Shown here: positions 13,793-26,549 of the stretch, piece by piece
Layout: each line of letters opens with the position of its first letter
Numbering within the stretch: position 1 is the stretch's first letter
Assembly (NCBI GenBank): GCA_051294905.1
Contig: CM119371.1
Location: forward strand, 33,048,001-33,112,000
Direction: 5' to 3'
DNA from: Botryllus schlosseri
Lineage: Eukaryota
Length of the DNA: 64,000 bases
Translations under genes and position numbers: made by a program
The notes under the pieces: model-generated
The model's database searches: none
What the model was told of the DNA's origin: nothing
Seen by the model: the letters and a program-made list of their open reading frames with translations, nothing else

Positions 13793-14677
13793 AACTGTGT
13801 AATGCACATACTTGTGATTCTTGATTCTTGAAGAGTTATAGTTGGTATTGATTCTATAAGTGCGAAAACAGTGACGCGGAATGTGCGAATAATTCGATGC
13901 GGCTGAAAGTCGGCGTCAGTAATATTCGGGTTACGTTCGATTCACCAAAAACGCGTTAAGGGCTTTGTCAAAGGATTAGAGTTGTACCGATTTAAAACAT
14001 TCAGATACGAATCGACTTGATTTGTGTAGTGAGTTTCATTTCAAGTTGATAAACTAACACATTGATTGAATATTTTCATGGATCTTATCACGCAACTAAA
14101 GTCAGCCACTATTCTGGAGGCGTGAAACATATAGCGATCGCGGGCGAGTGACAAATTGTCGGTTTTCCAATCACCGCCTGCGACGGTTCTGTGACAAACT
14201 AATTACCGAAATATTACCTTGTAGGCGGGTATGAGGGATTGCTATATGTCTGAAGCATTATCCGGTGAGTGGTCGTTGGATTTTAAAATTATATCACACC
14301 CTTTTGAATAAGCGTTCACTTCACAAAGGATTAGAGTTAGAGCGGAAATAAGTGACAATTTGTCGCTATTCAAGTTACCGCGGTCTGTTATTCGTTACTT
14401 GTTAAATCTTACCAGCGATATCAAGTACTGTGACAAACTGATTACTAAAATTTCGCCGCGTGAGCGAGCCAACACGAGTTTCCAATACGACATGCGAGAG
14501 ATACCTATACTTGAAAGTACGACGTGCGAGCGCACGCATAAGAACACATGGCGAATCACCACCACAACCTATACCTGTAACGTTATCATGTCGCCGCGTC
14601 CATAAGAATAACGATATATCATTGTCGTCCAAAATATTACTTATAATTCCTACCTTTGTAACACCAAACCACGAGAG

Positions 14678-15170
14678 ATGACTATTCTGATGTGTTATCT
14701 TGTGAGTGGTCGTAGGATTTTTACAAATATTTCACACCTTTTTAGAGTGTTAGTATGCGAACGCGGTTATTGTCGATATTCGAATCGCCGAACTTATCCA
14801 GTAGATCAGTTACCGAAGAAACCAACTAGCGGAAAATTCGCTATCACCATTAATTACGACGAATCGAGTTTGCCTGGATCTCACTGGGTGTCTATATACA
14901 GAGATGACGATACTCATTTTCATGATTCGCTAGGCTTCGGACCACTAAAACCTCAGATAATCGAATTCCTGGAGCCGGATGAATTTTCAGTGACTGGGAA
15001 ACAGTTACAGAGTAAAACTTCAGATGTGTGTGGAGATCATGCTATCGCATTCTTGATAAAAAGAGCTCAAGGGTTTTCAACCGAGGAATACTTGGATAAT
15101 TTTGGCGATGATAAAAAAAGTGAATGATACGATTGTACGTGTTTTTGTGAAGAGTTTGATTTCAGAGTAA
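14678..15170 (+). pseudogene. Adenain-like (Polinton PRO) cysteine protease, right-arm copy, frameshifted near the C-terminus
   Basis: ORF 14678-15127 with PGSHW / FHDSLG / Q..S..CG; removing one A from the A7 run at 15113-15119 extends it as DKKVNDTIVRVFVKSLISE*. Confidence 0.85.
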
Positions 15171-15981
15171 TAAACGAATGTGTAAATGTGTATACTTGTG
15201 ATTCTTGTTGCGACTGTGAACAGCAGACTATTCTGTAGGCGCGAAACAGCGAATAAGCCGAAAGTATTATTCAGCTAGCAATCAATAGCGAGGAAAGAGA
15301 ACACGATCGGTCATTTGACACGACTAAACTACGACATCATATATCATAATTTACGATCAAACTATTTCACACTGACTGGTCTAGTGCAATAATCGATAGT
15401 AGCACGCGGTTGGCCGGGAAATAATTCAGCACGCAGGTCATTCGAAATATAGGTCGCACGCGTAATCCTCACAACAAGCCACGTTTCCGTTTGCGCGGTT
15501 ATTGTTGGTGACTCGTACATATTCAACAGACAGACACATTTATCGTCGTTAACATGTCGCCGCACGTATACCTAAAAACATTAGCATGCCACCACGAGTT
15601 TCGCGTTATCATGCGACCGCACCCATAAGACGAAAACGTTAGCATGTCACCCCCACCATAAGACGAAAACGTTAGCATGCCACCCCGCCATAAGACGAAA
15701 ACGTTAGCATGTCACCCCCACCATAAGACGAAAACGTTAGCATGCCACCCCGCCATAAGACGAAAACGTTAGCATGTCACCCCCACCATAAGACGAAAAC
15801 GTTAGCATGCCACCCCGCCATAAGACGAAAACGTTAGCATGCCACCCCGCCATAAGACGAAAACGTTAGCATGCCACCCCCGGTTTTCGCGTTAGCATGC
15901 GACCCCGCCATAAGAAACCAATGGCCGTTCGCGAGCGATCGACTATACTACTAACCTTTAAATACAATAACCGCATCTACA

Positions 15982-16672
15982 TGTGGCCCGCGAGAAGGTT
16001 TTGAGTGGCCCGCGAGGTAATTTCCGAAATTTCTAATATCATCAAAAGTGGATTGCACAGATCGTGAACTTGCAAGGCCAACCAAAAATTTGATTAGTCT
16101 GGCCGCAACACGTGAGATGTGATGACTAAAATATCAGTTTCGACTCATTGACAGATCCATCAACCATTCATATATTGGTATATCTTCGTACACTACAATA
16201 ACGCAGAATAATTTGCGATAGATTTATCAAAGATAAAAAATTTCTACAAGCTTAACGCAATATGTTGTCACTCGATTTCTTGTTCTTAATATTGTCGCCC
16301 TTTTGTGAAAATTGAAGAACACCCAATGTATCAGATTGAGTCTAACTATATTCGCGATTATGAGACAAACTGTCGTTCACCATATGCGACCATGCGTATG
16401 CGCTCGCAGTAAGACCGTCGACTATGAATCCTAGGCACAAAATGATTGACGTATGTTGGTGGCAGCTTTCGATATCAATATGTCCATCCGCCGAATAGCC
16501 CAGTCCTCGCAAACTTAGCCCAGCGATATACAGCAGGCCCGCAATATAGTCAAGTGACAATATTATTGACCTATGAACTTTAAAAAATTTTCGTGCTTCG
16601 CGCGGATAGTGGCCCGCGCAGAAGTTCGTCAATCGAATGTGGCCCTTTGGCTGAAAAGGTTCGCCAGCCCTG
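15982..16672. mobile_element. hAT-type MITE, one end truncated (family also at 38801-39484, ~47010-47342, 49746-50451, ~58935-59131)
   Basis: Ends ...AAAAGGTTCGCCAGCCCTG; GGCCCGCG subterminal motifs; inverse-similar to 49746-50451. Confidence 0.8.
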
Positions 16673-16974
16673 CATTAAACCAACTTGCATGATACAGGGG
16701 TGGGCACACTTTTCATCATCAGGTCTTATCATTGTAACATCTTTGATGGTCCTGTCACTTAAGGTTCGGTTAGACGATGAGTTGCCGCGAGGCATTCTTT
16801 GTTTATTCTAAAGACTCCCTGTACCGCGATCTGACTCGCTCTGACGCGCCCTGGCGGCGCGAGCTAACGCGAAACTCCCGCCGCGCGGTAGCGCTTGATA
16901 ACGCTCCTGTAGCGTCTTTTGAGCGTCTGCGCGATGCACTTTGTGAGTTTGTTCAGTTTGTTGGTCTTGCGAGT

Positions 16975-19152
16975 ATGGACAACGAGAGAAGACGTCAAAT
17001 TTTGCTGGCTAGGTCTGCATGCTTGGTCGGTGCATGTTATTTGGTGGAACTGAGGAAATTGAATTCAAGGAGAAAAAAACGCTCAAAATGGGTGCGGCAG
17101 TTGTACCTGCGCAGGAAGTCGCAAGGTATGTACCGGTCTAGTACACTACAAAGTGCACTCTAGTCAAGTCATATGCAAGACAGTAGGTTGATTTAGTATC
17201 ATTTAGGGTTTTAATGATCAATTGATGTCTTAAAACCGAGACTGTATATAATATAGATCAGAGGTATCAAACACGCTGCCCGCGGGCCGCATGCGGCCCG
17301 CCAGAGCATTTTGTGCGGCCCGCGACGACATTTTAGATTTTTAATAATTTGAAAATATTTTAGTGTCACACATATCTTTCAGGTTATAAAGACAAATCCC
17401 CTCTTAAATTGCCCCGAAAGCCTGAAACTATTCATCAAACTTCACTGTCACATCAATTGCAAACGCTACCGGTATACCATGCAGTGGAAGATTCACTATT
17501 TCGCCACATTTCCAATTCATGATGACAAAACCTGACCCATGGACGATTCGTGACTGAAATTTGTGAGTTGGACTTGGACACGACCTTTCTTAGAATTACT
17601 CAGACTCGGGCTAACTCAATGGCAAAATGAAAATGACTCGAGTGGACTAGGAGTGATGACTCGGAATACCGTCAATTTGTTAGAACCATGGACGCAACAA
17701 ACTAATCGCGTATCAGGGGAATAGTAATAGATCAGAAGGTCGCAGCTTAGTATTTCGCTAACTAAGCAAGTAGTTATGGCAACCATTAGCAATCTGTCAG
17801 TTACATCTTTGGTCGCTAAACCATGTTATTAAGGCCACTTACAGGTACCGAGTACCATAGTGGTACGCTCCAACGATGTAACAGCAATGGGCTACTACTA
17901 GTCTACTGCTCAACAAGCATCCCGGGCCCTGGTCTTGATAATAATGTGACCAGAGAGTTGTCATAAGATAAAAAACGCAAGACACAACTAGCTTGTTGAG
18001 ACCATTTTTCATGGTTCAGTATTTATTGCCTCATTGTTACTCACCAATTTTCATATTCAACAGGTCATTTCCACCAACTTGTTACAGAATTGGAATTGGA
18101 GGGAGAAGACATGTTCATAAACTTTTTCCGAATGAACAAGGCGCAATACCAAGCACTACTGCGACTGATTGGACCAAGTATCACCAAACAAGCCACATGT
18201 ATGAGGGAACCCATTGGTCCTTCTGAGAGGCTTGCTGTTACTTTGAGATTTCTTGCTACTGGAAATGACTACCATTCCCTTGGCTATAGTTTTCGGATAC
18301 ACCACACAACAATCTGTAAAATCGTCCCTGAAACATGTCAGGCCGTATGGAATTGCCTTCAACCTATCGTTTTACCTCGGCCTACATCTTCAAAATTGAA
18401 GGAGGTATCCATGCAATTTCAATCAAGGTGGAACTTCCCCAACTGTGTCGGCGCAATCGACGGAAAACATGTGGAAATAGAGGCTCCACCAAATTCCGGC
18501 TCTTGGTACTTCAACTACAAAAAAGACCTTCAGCATGGTGCTAATGGCAATAACGGATGTAAATTATAAATTTCTGTGGGTTTCAATCGGCTCGTATGGA
18601 CGAAATGCTGATGCTGGGATATTTAGCCATTCCGACTTCGGAAAACAAATAATAGACGGTACATTGGAATTACCTGCTGACCAGCCATTAGTACCCGGAC
18701 TACCCAGTATGCCACATGTTTTCGTTGCGGATGAGGCATTTCCGTTGTGCCGCAACTTGATGAGACCCTTCCCGGCAAAAAAGCTCACTCAGTCAAGAAA
18801 AATTTTCAATTACCGCTTATCAAAAGCCAGAAGGACAGTTGAAAATACTTTCGAAATTATGTCTGCTAAATTCCGCGTGTTTCGCAAGCCGTTGTGCTTG
18901 AAACCTGAAAATGTGGATGAAGTTGTGAAAGCGTGTGTCTGTCTGCACAATTTTCTCAGAAAAGACAATTGCTCATCTCGGCGCGAACCTAGTATTCCCA
19001 ATCACTCATCTGCAGCCTTCACATCCCTCGATCGGGTTGGAAGAGGTGTCTCGGGAGAAGCAAAAGCTATACGCGAAGCCTTCATGCAGTACTTTACCAG
19101 CGCAGCCGGTGAAATAAGTAGTCAAGTTAAATATGTCAATCGCGTACGCTGA
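16975..19152 (+). pseudogene. Harbinger DDE transposase: exon 16975-17125, GT-AG intron 17126-18063, exon 18064-19152; one +1 frameshift at A6 18519-18524
   Basis: Splicing gives in-frame RKSQG-HFHQLVTELELEGEDMFINFFRM; motifs LAVTLRFLATG, GAIDGKH, NYK(K)TFSMVL, ADEAFPL, FNYRLSKARRTVENTF, ACVCLHNF. Confidence 0.9.
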
Positions 19153-19522
19153 TTCGTTAATCGCATGTCATTATAATTCATTTTCTGTCTTGTTTGCCAT
19201 ATGCTACTGTTTGAAATTTTGAACCTGCTCGAAACTTACGCTAAAATAATGATGCACAATGTCTGCATTTTTCAATAAACGTTTATTCCTGAATAGCATG
19301 GTCATTAGGGTTGTTCAGAATTGACCGACTTTCAAAAAGTCCAGGTTTTCAGTCCGATTCCCATGCCTTATCCCTTAAAAACATATTCTGGCTACTTTTT
19401 TTGTAACTCGTCCCCTGCATCCGTGTGGACATTGAGCTGGAAGAATAGCAGCTGGAAATACGGGATTCCCCTAAAATCTGAGTTTCACGATTTTACCTAG
19501 CCTAGTTAAAGGGACATATAAC

Positions 19523-20821
19523 CAGAGGTGGTCAAAGTAGTCAAGAAATCTACTCAAGTAGAAGTAGAAGTAGCGAAGAAAAAACCTACTCAAGTACGAG
19601 TAGAAGTACTTCTTTCATAAGCAACCTGAAACTACTTGAAGTAGAAGTAGAATTGACTGACTTTAAAAGTACTCAAGTAAGTAAGTAGTTATGAAAACGA
19701 TCCTAATTCGTTCACATGGAATGTAAAAAGGTGCAAATTGAGCTATGCGATAGGTGACGAGCTTGATTCATATTGATGCTTACCAGCAGGTATCCAATTC
19801 TCGATAGCAGAAGTATTCATCGTTCACATCATGGGATGAAAATAATAGTATTGATATGGAAATGCGATGCTAATCCTCTGTTTTCTTGAACAGCACGTTT
19901 TAGAAAATAGCATGATATGGCGCCATTCTCCATATTATATGGCCCGTAGTTTAGTCGAAGAGCAATACGGAGAAGTTGTATGCGATATGGTGTAAACACT
20001 TTGCACGATTAGTAAACGTTAATAAAAAAAAAATATGGTGGACCGTAAAAATGCCATATTGTGTAGCTTTATTTCCAGAAATTAAAGTCATTACTACACT
20101 TGCTTTTATACTTCAACATGTATGTTATCCAGACAAAAGAACTGATAATAATTATAACTCAAAGTATATGATACTGGTAATTGAAAGTGAAATATAAATA
20201 CTACTTCTAAAAGCAGAACATGTATTTCATGTTTTTAATCCAGAAAGTTTCAAAGGTTGTATGCTAAAATAGCTCTAAAACTAAAAAAAAGTCAGAGTCC
20301 ACTTTTCTAGATTTGGACACGCCATGGACATGTTAGATTACGATATGACAAGTAAATGCTTGATTGCGAGACATCAGTTTCAAGCGTTATGATGAGCCAT
20401 ATATACTGTGATGAAATATTTGATATGGGCGACGGGCGACAATGTGGTGTGAACGGAACCACGCCAACCCTCTACCTAAATTATATTCACCGATACTTTC
20501 GTGAAATCATATTGAGCACTCCATATCCACTGCGCGCGAAGCGCGACGAAAATTCTGGGCTTTACTAAACTTTTATGAAAATTAAATGTTGATACTTCGT
20601 GAAAACAGCCCCGAAATTCCTTAGGCTATCTTCCTGATTGGAAGATTGAACTACTTCTACTTGACGAACTGAAAATAGCGGAAAGTAAGTAGATCACAAA
20701 ATATTACGAAGTAGAAGTACAAGTAGCCGAAATCAGATCTACTTGAGTAAGTACCAGAAGTAGAGGAAAACTACTTGAGTACTTGCGAAAAGTAGAAGTA
20801 CTTCGTTACTGACCACCTCTG
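19523..20821. mobile_element. hAT-type non-autonomous element with AAGTAG-rich ends
   Basis: TIR CAGAGGTGGTCA; TSD CATATAAC on both sides; second copy at 40545-42007. Confidence 0.9.
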
Positions 20822-21148
20822 CATATAACATGGATTTATGCAGCTGTTGCGGTTTGGAGTGCTACAAAACCCCACTATATAAGGCATTGCTAGTTCAGGA
20901 TATCATTTCCACGTCCCACACTGCCTTAGAACTGCTCAAAACTACCTAAAACTGATAGTCATTTTGTTGGATCACATATCCTACACCCCGCAAACCTACC
21001 TGGCACTGCTCATCAATTTCCTGGATCTCCTCCATGTGCAAGAATACAACTGTAAATGTAACATCCACTCACAGCCACATTATAAAAATCACAGGAAACG
21101 AAAAAATAAGGCAAAGAAAGAGATCAGCTTGGCAAAATATTACATAAA

Positions 21149-22397
21149 TCAGGTGGATGAAATGGTTGCTTTCGAGAAATCTGCATATCTGTTCCGGTTA
21201 TCTTCCACAGCTTGTAGGAGGCTCGCTCGCTGTTTTTTGTCATCCGCTATGAACGCAGCATAGTCGGTATTCAATTGTACCATACGCTCTGCTGCATCGT
21301 TAACTACTTCAACAGTATTCACAAATTCTTGAGCAGTCACGAAATCCGGATCAGTATGCCATTCCGAAACTGGAAGACTCAACCAATCATGTTCCACATG
21401 TATAGCATCAAATAGAAACCACGATTCTGGCCCAATCAAATCGACCATACTAATTGACTCAGAGACAGAGATCAGACTGAGACGCATACCTCTGCGAAAT
21501 TTTTCAGGGATTGGCATTTTCAGCAATTTAGCAGCTATCGCTTCCTTCAGTTTGTCAGGAATCTTTGGATTAGCCGAGAACATGGTAAATACCACCATTT
21601 CCTCAGTTAGATACCAATGATGTTTTTGCAATTTCTTGTATGCCACATCAGCAACAGTGAGATCACATAATGAAAGGTTTTTCATGTCATGAAGGAATTT
21701 GAGATCATTCTAAGGTGCGTCACATGCAATACCAGTTTTCAACCAAGCTGGAACATAAAACAAAGCTATGAATGTATTGATTCGTTCCAGCTTTTCAATG
21801 AACTCTTCAGAATAGTCCATTTGCTCACTCCACATGAACATTTTTTGACAGTACAGGACTTGACTCATCCATCTAGCGCTATGAGTAGCAGCAGGCTTGC
21901 GAATACGATGATCAACATTTGTCATCCAAAATCGCCAAGGTGCCTGTTGCACATTCTCTGTAGTCATCTCTTATCGAGACTTCTTTCTGCTTTCCATCAT
22001 TGGGTTTCATCAGTGGAATTATTTCTTGCTTTGCTTCATCAGCTTTCATCGCCAACCAGCTGCCTTCCATAATCTTCAGCGTATTGTAGCGTCTTGATTT
22101 ATCAATATGTTTCCACTTCTTCTTGAAGGTATTAAAATCCTGTTTTCAGGGCCTGTGGTTGTCGATCCAAACAAACACTTCCAAACCTCTCGAATGACCA
22201 GTTCATAAATATGATGGCGAGAGGCATCGTAGAAAACTTTCCTGTTAATCAATTCTTTAAGTAACGGAACCGCACCTTTGTTTTTACCAGTGTTTGAGGA
22301 TGTTGTGTCAAACACAAGAGCTCTAACAGATTTTGTTAAATTCCAAAGTTCCAGCAGTTCAATTGATGCATCAGTCTGTGCTTTCCTGCAGCACTTT
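21149..22397 (-). pseudogene. hATm-like transposase, 5'-truncated and frameshifted
   Basis: FDTTSSNTG..KGA, SRHHIYEL (CxxH region), HSARWM, HHWYLTEE, VVNDAAER across three broken ORFs. Confidence 0.8.
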
Positions 22398-22633
22398 CCG
22401 ACTATGCTGCGTTCATAACGGATGACAAAAAACAGCGAGCGAGCCTCCTACAAGCTGTGGAAGGTCACCGGAACAGATATGCAGATTTCTCGAAAGCAGC
22501 CATTTCATCCACCTGAGTTATGTAATATTTTGCCAAGTTGATCTCTTTCTTTGCCTTATTTTTTCGTTTCCTGTGATGTTTATAATGTGGCTGTGAGTGG
22601 ATGTTACATTTACAGTTGTATTCTTGCACATGG

Positions 22634-25209
22634 CAGGGTTGTAACCAAGTCACATGGTTCCGAGTCACGAGTCAATCTGACTTTTGTGGTTTTGACTCGA
22701 GTCGAGTCGAGTCATTTTCAATTCATCACAGACTCTAGTCCGAGTCCAAGTCACCGTTTTAAGGGTCAAGTCCGAGTCATAGTGTTATGACTCGAGTCAA
22801 GTCCAAGTCACAGTATTGAAGTCATGTTCAACTTATGTTTTCAATCCTGCTTGGGTGATATCGAATTCCTTGCTTGCCAAACATGCTTATTTTATCCCTA
22901 TCATAGTCTTGGCACAAGTTTATTAAGTTAGGCAGATAACAGACAGTCCTGGCCTCATATACCGATGCTACAGATAGACGAGACAGGCCGCCAATACGAT
23001 AACGTTACTAATCTTAGAACTTTAAATCAAATATCTGTCTTGTCAGTCTGATATATCACAAATAAAAGCATTCAGTTTTTATTACGAGCACATCGACGAC
23101 CGCTCACAAATGGCTTATAGAGAATTAACGAATTCACGTCTACATACTATCTGATAGAGGACCTACGAATTCACGTCTAGCTAGATACAAGCTGGTAAAG
23201 AATCAACGGATAAACGCTTATGTAGAGGTACAGCTTTGCTTTCACATCATATCAGGTGGTTGACCAGAAAAAAGGTCAACTTTCCTGCTCAGCTGCCGAA
23301 CTAGTCGACGGAGCATTACTGTAGTGCTGATTTACTGTTGTCTTAGTCGAATTTGCCCTACATTTACCAAAAAAATTCTCAAAAATGAGGACAGAATCTC
23401 AAAAAAGAGGCTACTTCTTAAAATTGTTAGATTATCTAAAAGAACTTAAATTTGGCATAATTCCAACCAGTAGAAAGCAATGCTAAGAGAAAATATTTTG
23501 GATTAATCACAAATAGAGACTTTCGAAATATACCGGCTACCTCATGATATTGTTAGATTGTGTAAAAATATGATTCATAGAAAATTTGGCTCAATTCCAA
23601 CTAGAAGAAGCGGAGTTATTAGAGTGGAATATTTTGGATATGAAAAAATAGTCGACTTACTGCTAATATGTAATTATATTATATGAAATCATTTCTCACT
23701 AAAAATACTCCATGTATTTTCAAATCCAAAATTTTCTCCTCTCATATCATTGATCTTTTTATGCAACGCAGCAATTTTATCAAGTAGCCACCCAGTAGAA
23801 TAAAAAAGAAGGTATTTTTGATCGGCCCTATTGTACAAATATCAGACAACATTAGCCATTCATTATTATCACGTGCACAATGCACATACCTAACAAAACG
23901 TCAAACGGACGGAGGGTATTGTGTGTTTTCACAGACAGCAGATCAAATCAATGAGGTACACTTGAAAAATACTAAAGTGGAAAGGAGTAGGGCTGAGCAA
24001 AATCGAGTACCTGAGTGATTCGATTCTGAATCACGTAATATGCATCGAGTCGAGTCGAGTAATCGAGTATCACTCATTATGACGTCATAACAGAATTAAT
24101 ACGTCAAAGTTCAAATATGGACCGTTTATGCCCCCACAAAGAATATAATGCCTGTTATCAATCTCATGAATGATACTTTGATATTTTTTCGACCACACCA
24201 ATTTCATTTCACTTGGAGACAATGTTGTGGGATGATCATGACTTCGGAGATGTCCTACCTCCAGTAACCTTCGTAGCTTTGTACTATATATTTCGTATGC
24301 TACGATTTCGCCAAACAAGGTTTCAGGGCTTCCTAGTAAAAATTAGTATCGAAACTATAATTCTCGCTGATAAATTAACTTTCAGTGGTAAGAAGCGTAT
24401 AATTTCAGTACTCGAAAAATCGTATTTTACTACTCGACTTGAATCATTAAAATAAATACTCGATTCAGATTCGAGTACTCGAATCATTATGCCCAGACCT
24501 AGAAAGGAGATTCTCATATATGTTGAGGCGGCATGGCCTTAGAATAATCCACATCCACTGGATACACGCTCCTCTGGTGCATTAGATGCAGGATTTGAAA
24601 AGCAATTTTGAACCACACTGAAGAGCATTAGATACTCATCCATTCTAGTCGGCCAAAAATGCAAAGAATCATCGCCTTCATATCTACACATGAGCTTATC
24701 AGTCTTTTCAAAGTAGGCTACATGATCATCTGATAGTCATTTCTTTGGCTCTAATTGGCTTTTGCTTCGATTGTTTGCTTGTATAATTGAAATGTCTAGA
24801 GTACTTGTTGGCGGAGGATCTATTACCTCTTCATCACTGGATGACTTTGTACAATGCATTGCTCTTTGCTACTATGTACCATTGTCTTTTGTTTTTACGG
24901 CGGCGCATATCTGATATCAGACGAGTGCAACGAAAGCAGTGGTGACAAATAGCGATGTCGACAGAATTCGTCACATGCGTTGATCTAACCATTGTGATTC
25001 GCAACTTTCTTCACCTTCAAGTCACATAAAATAAGCCGAGTCAATGACTAGGGTCGAGTCATGCGTCATGACTCGAGTACAAGTCGAGTCAATCCAAATA
25101 TTGACTCGAGTCGAGTCGAGTCATTTTCTTGAAATGGGAAAATGTCTCGAGTCAAGTCGAGTAACAGAAAAATCGTGACTCGAGTCTGACTCGAGTCATT
25201 ACAACCCTG
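22634..25209 (-). mobile_element. hAT deletion derivative with GAGTC/GACTC subterminal repeats
   Basis: TIR CAGGGTTGTAA; TSD GCACATGG; minus-strand remnant NPASNAPEERVSSG (~24555-24600) resembles the hAT C-terminal dimerisation domain. Confidence 0.85.
23988..24501. mobile_element. MITE nested in 22634-25209
   Basis: TAGGGCTGAGCA...TGCCCAGACCTA; TSD GAAAGGAG. Confidence 0.85.
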
Positions 25210-25369
25210 GCACATGGGTATCCAGGAAATTGATGAACAGTGCCGGGTAGGTTTGAGAGGTGTGGGATATGTGATCCAACAAAATGACTATCAGTTTTAG
25301 GTAGTTTTGAGCAGTTCTAAGGCAGTCTGGGACGTGGAAATGATATCCTGAACTAGCAATGCCTTATAT

Positions 25370-26549
25370 CAGGGGTGGGCAAACTACGGCCCGCGGGCCG
25401 CATGCGGCCCGCAACACCGTTCTGTGCGGCCCGCGAGAGTCTAAAGAAACTTATTAAAGATATTGATAAAAAGCGTACTAAAAATCGAATTAATTGAGGG
25501 ACGCGATTAATTTTTTTTCTTAGTATATTTCGCCATGATAATTCTACGGCAGTGGTTCTCAAACTTGGGTGCGCGCTCCATTCCCTTCTGAAGGTCGTCG
25601 CGAAGTTGAAATGGACTGAAATTTTTTACGCGCCTCGCGCGATTTACATTCAATTCCTAATATTTGCTCTGTTTTTAGTCTGAATTTCATATTTAAAAAT
25701 CTCTCATCCTGTCGTAACCTTCCATGACATCCAACTATCCGCTATGTTTGCTAGCATCCTGGTAGCGTTTTGTGATATGACGATAAGTGGGGCGCGAAAT
25801 CTTTCGCCATCATAAGGGGGGCGTGTCTTAAAAAGAACCACTGTTCTCTATTAAATACTTATAAATACTATATTATTTCTTATATTTAATTTCTGGCGCG
25901 ACAGCCCGATGTCAAAGCTCACGAAGTTTGAAGGGTTTCAACTGCCAAACATCACAGAAATTCTAAACGAAATTGACATAATTTGGATCACGACACGAGT
26001 GTGATTTCAGATTGACCACTCCAGTTTTAATTATTTCAGTGATGAGCTTATAAAATACGATTCGCGCGTGTCCTAATTAGGTAGATTCGTTCTCTGTGTG
26101 CGTAAAATTAGGTTATTTATATTTTATCTACACATATAGTAGAAGCGTGTTTGAAGCTAACATGGTGAAGATGCTGTGAGCATTGTGTGTCCTGGAACTA
26201 AACAAAAAGCGGAATTAGTAAATCTATGAACAGATCGCTCTTCCCAGATTTAAATTTAGTTCTAAGATTCGGGATAACCGACTTTCATCTCTATAGTTTT
26301 GATAAATTGGTTATTGAGGTCGACCAGCCTATGAATCCCGCCACTGTTTCTGGCGTGTGTACGATATCATCAAAGCAATCTTTGGTTTGTTTAAAATAGG
26401 CATATATATTATCTCCACGGCCTCACTATATAATCAAACACCATGCAATATTGCGTTTTGGTTCATAATATCAATTTTGTATAGTGCGGCCCGCGAATGG
26501 ATTCAGATGTTGAATGCGGCCCGCGAGCTCAAAAGTTTGCCCACCCCTG
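25370..26549. mobile_element. hAT-type MITE (contains a smaller CAGTGGTTCT-ended MITE at 25550-25843)
   Basis: TIR CAGGGGTGGGCAAACT; TSD CCTTATAT. Confidence 0.9.

Larger units (their letters stand above)
1833..15952. mobile_element. Non-autonomous Polinton/Maverick-derived element with giant palindromic structure
   Basis: Termini AGTAGTATAGTC...GACTATACTACT; 6-bp TSD AACCTT at 1827-1832 and 15953-15958; adenain-like protease ORF inside; mirror ORF coordinates sum to 17785. Confidence 0.9.
9303..15952. repeat. Right arm (6,650 bp) of the giant inverted repeat
   Basis: Reverse complement of 1833-8482. Confidence 0.95.

Noticed and set aside
1833..15952. Pure assembly artefact (fold-back chimeric read)
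   Set aside because: Symmetry stops exactly at Polinton-type termini with a direct, not inverted, 6-bp TSD and different flanks; unlikely for an artefact, though read confirmation is still needed
1833..15952. Autonomous Polinton
   Set aside because: No ORF over 150 aa and no polymerase, integrase, ATPase or capsid motifs seen
16975..19152. Domesticated host HARBI1 gene
   Set aside because: Lies between TIRs with a TTA TSD and a MADF partner, and is frameshifted
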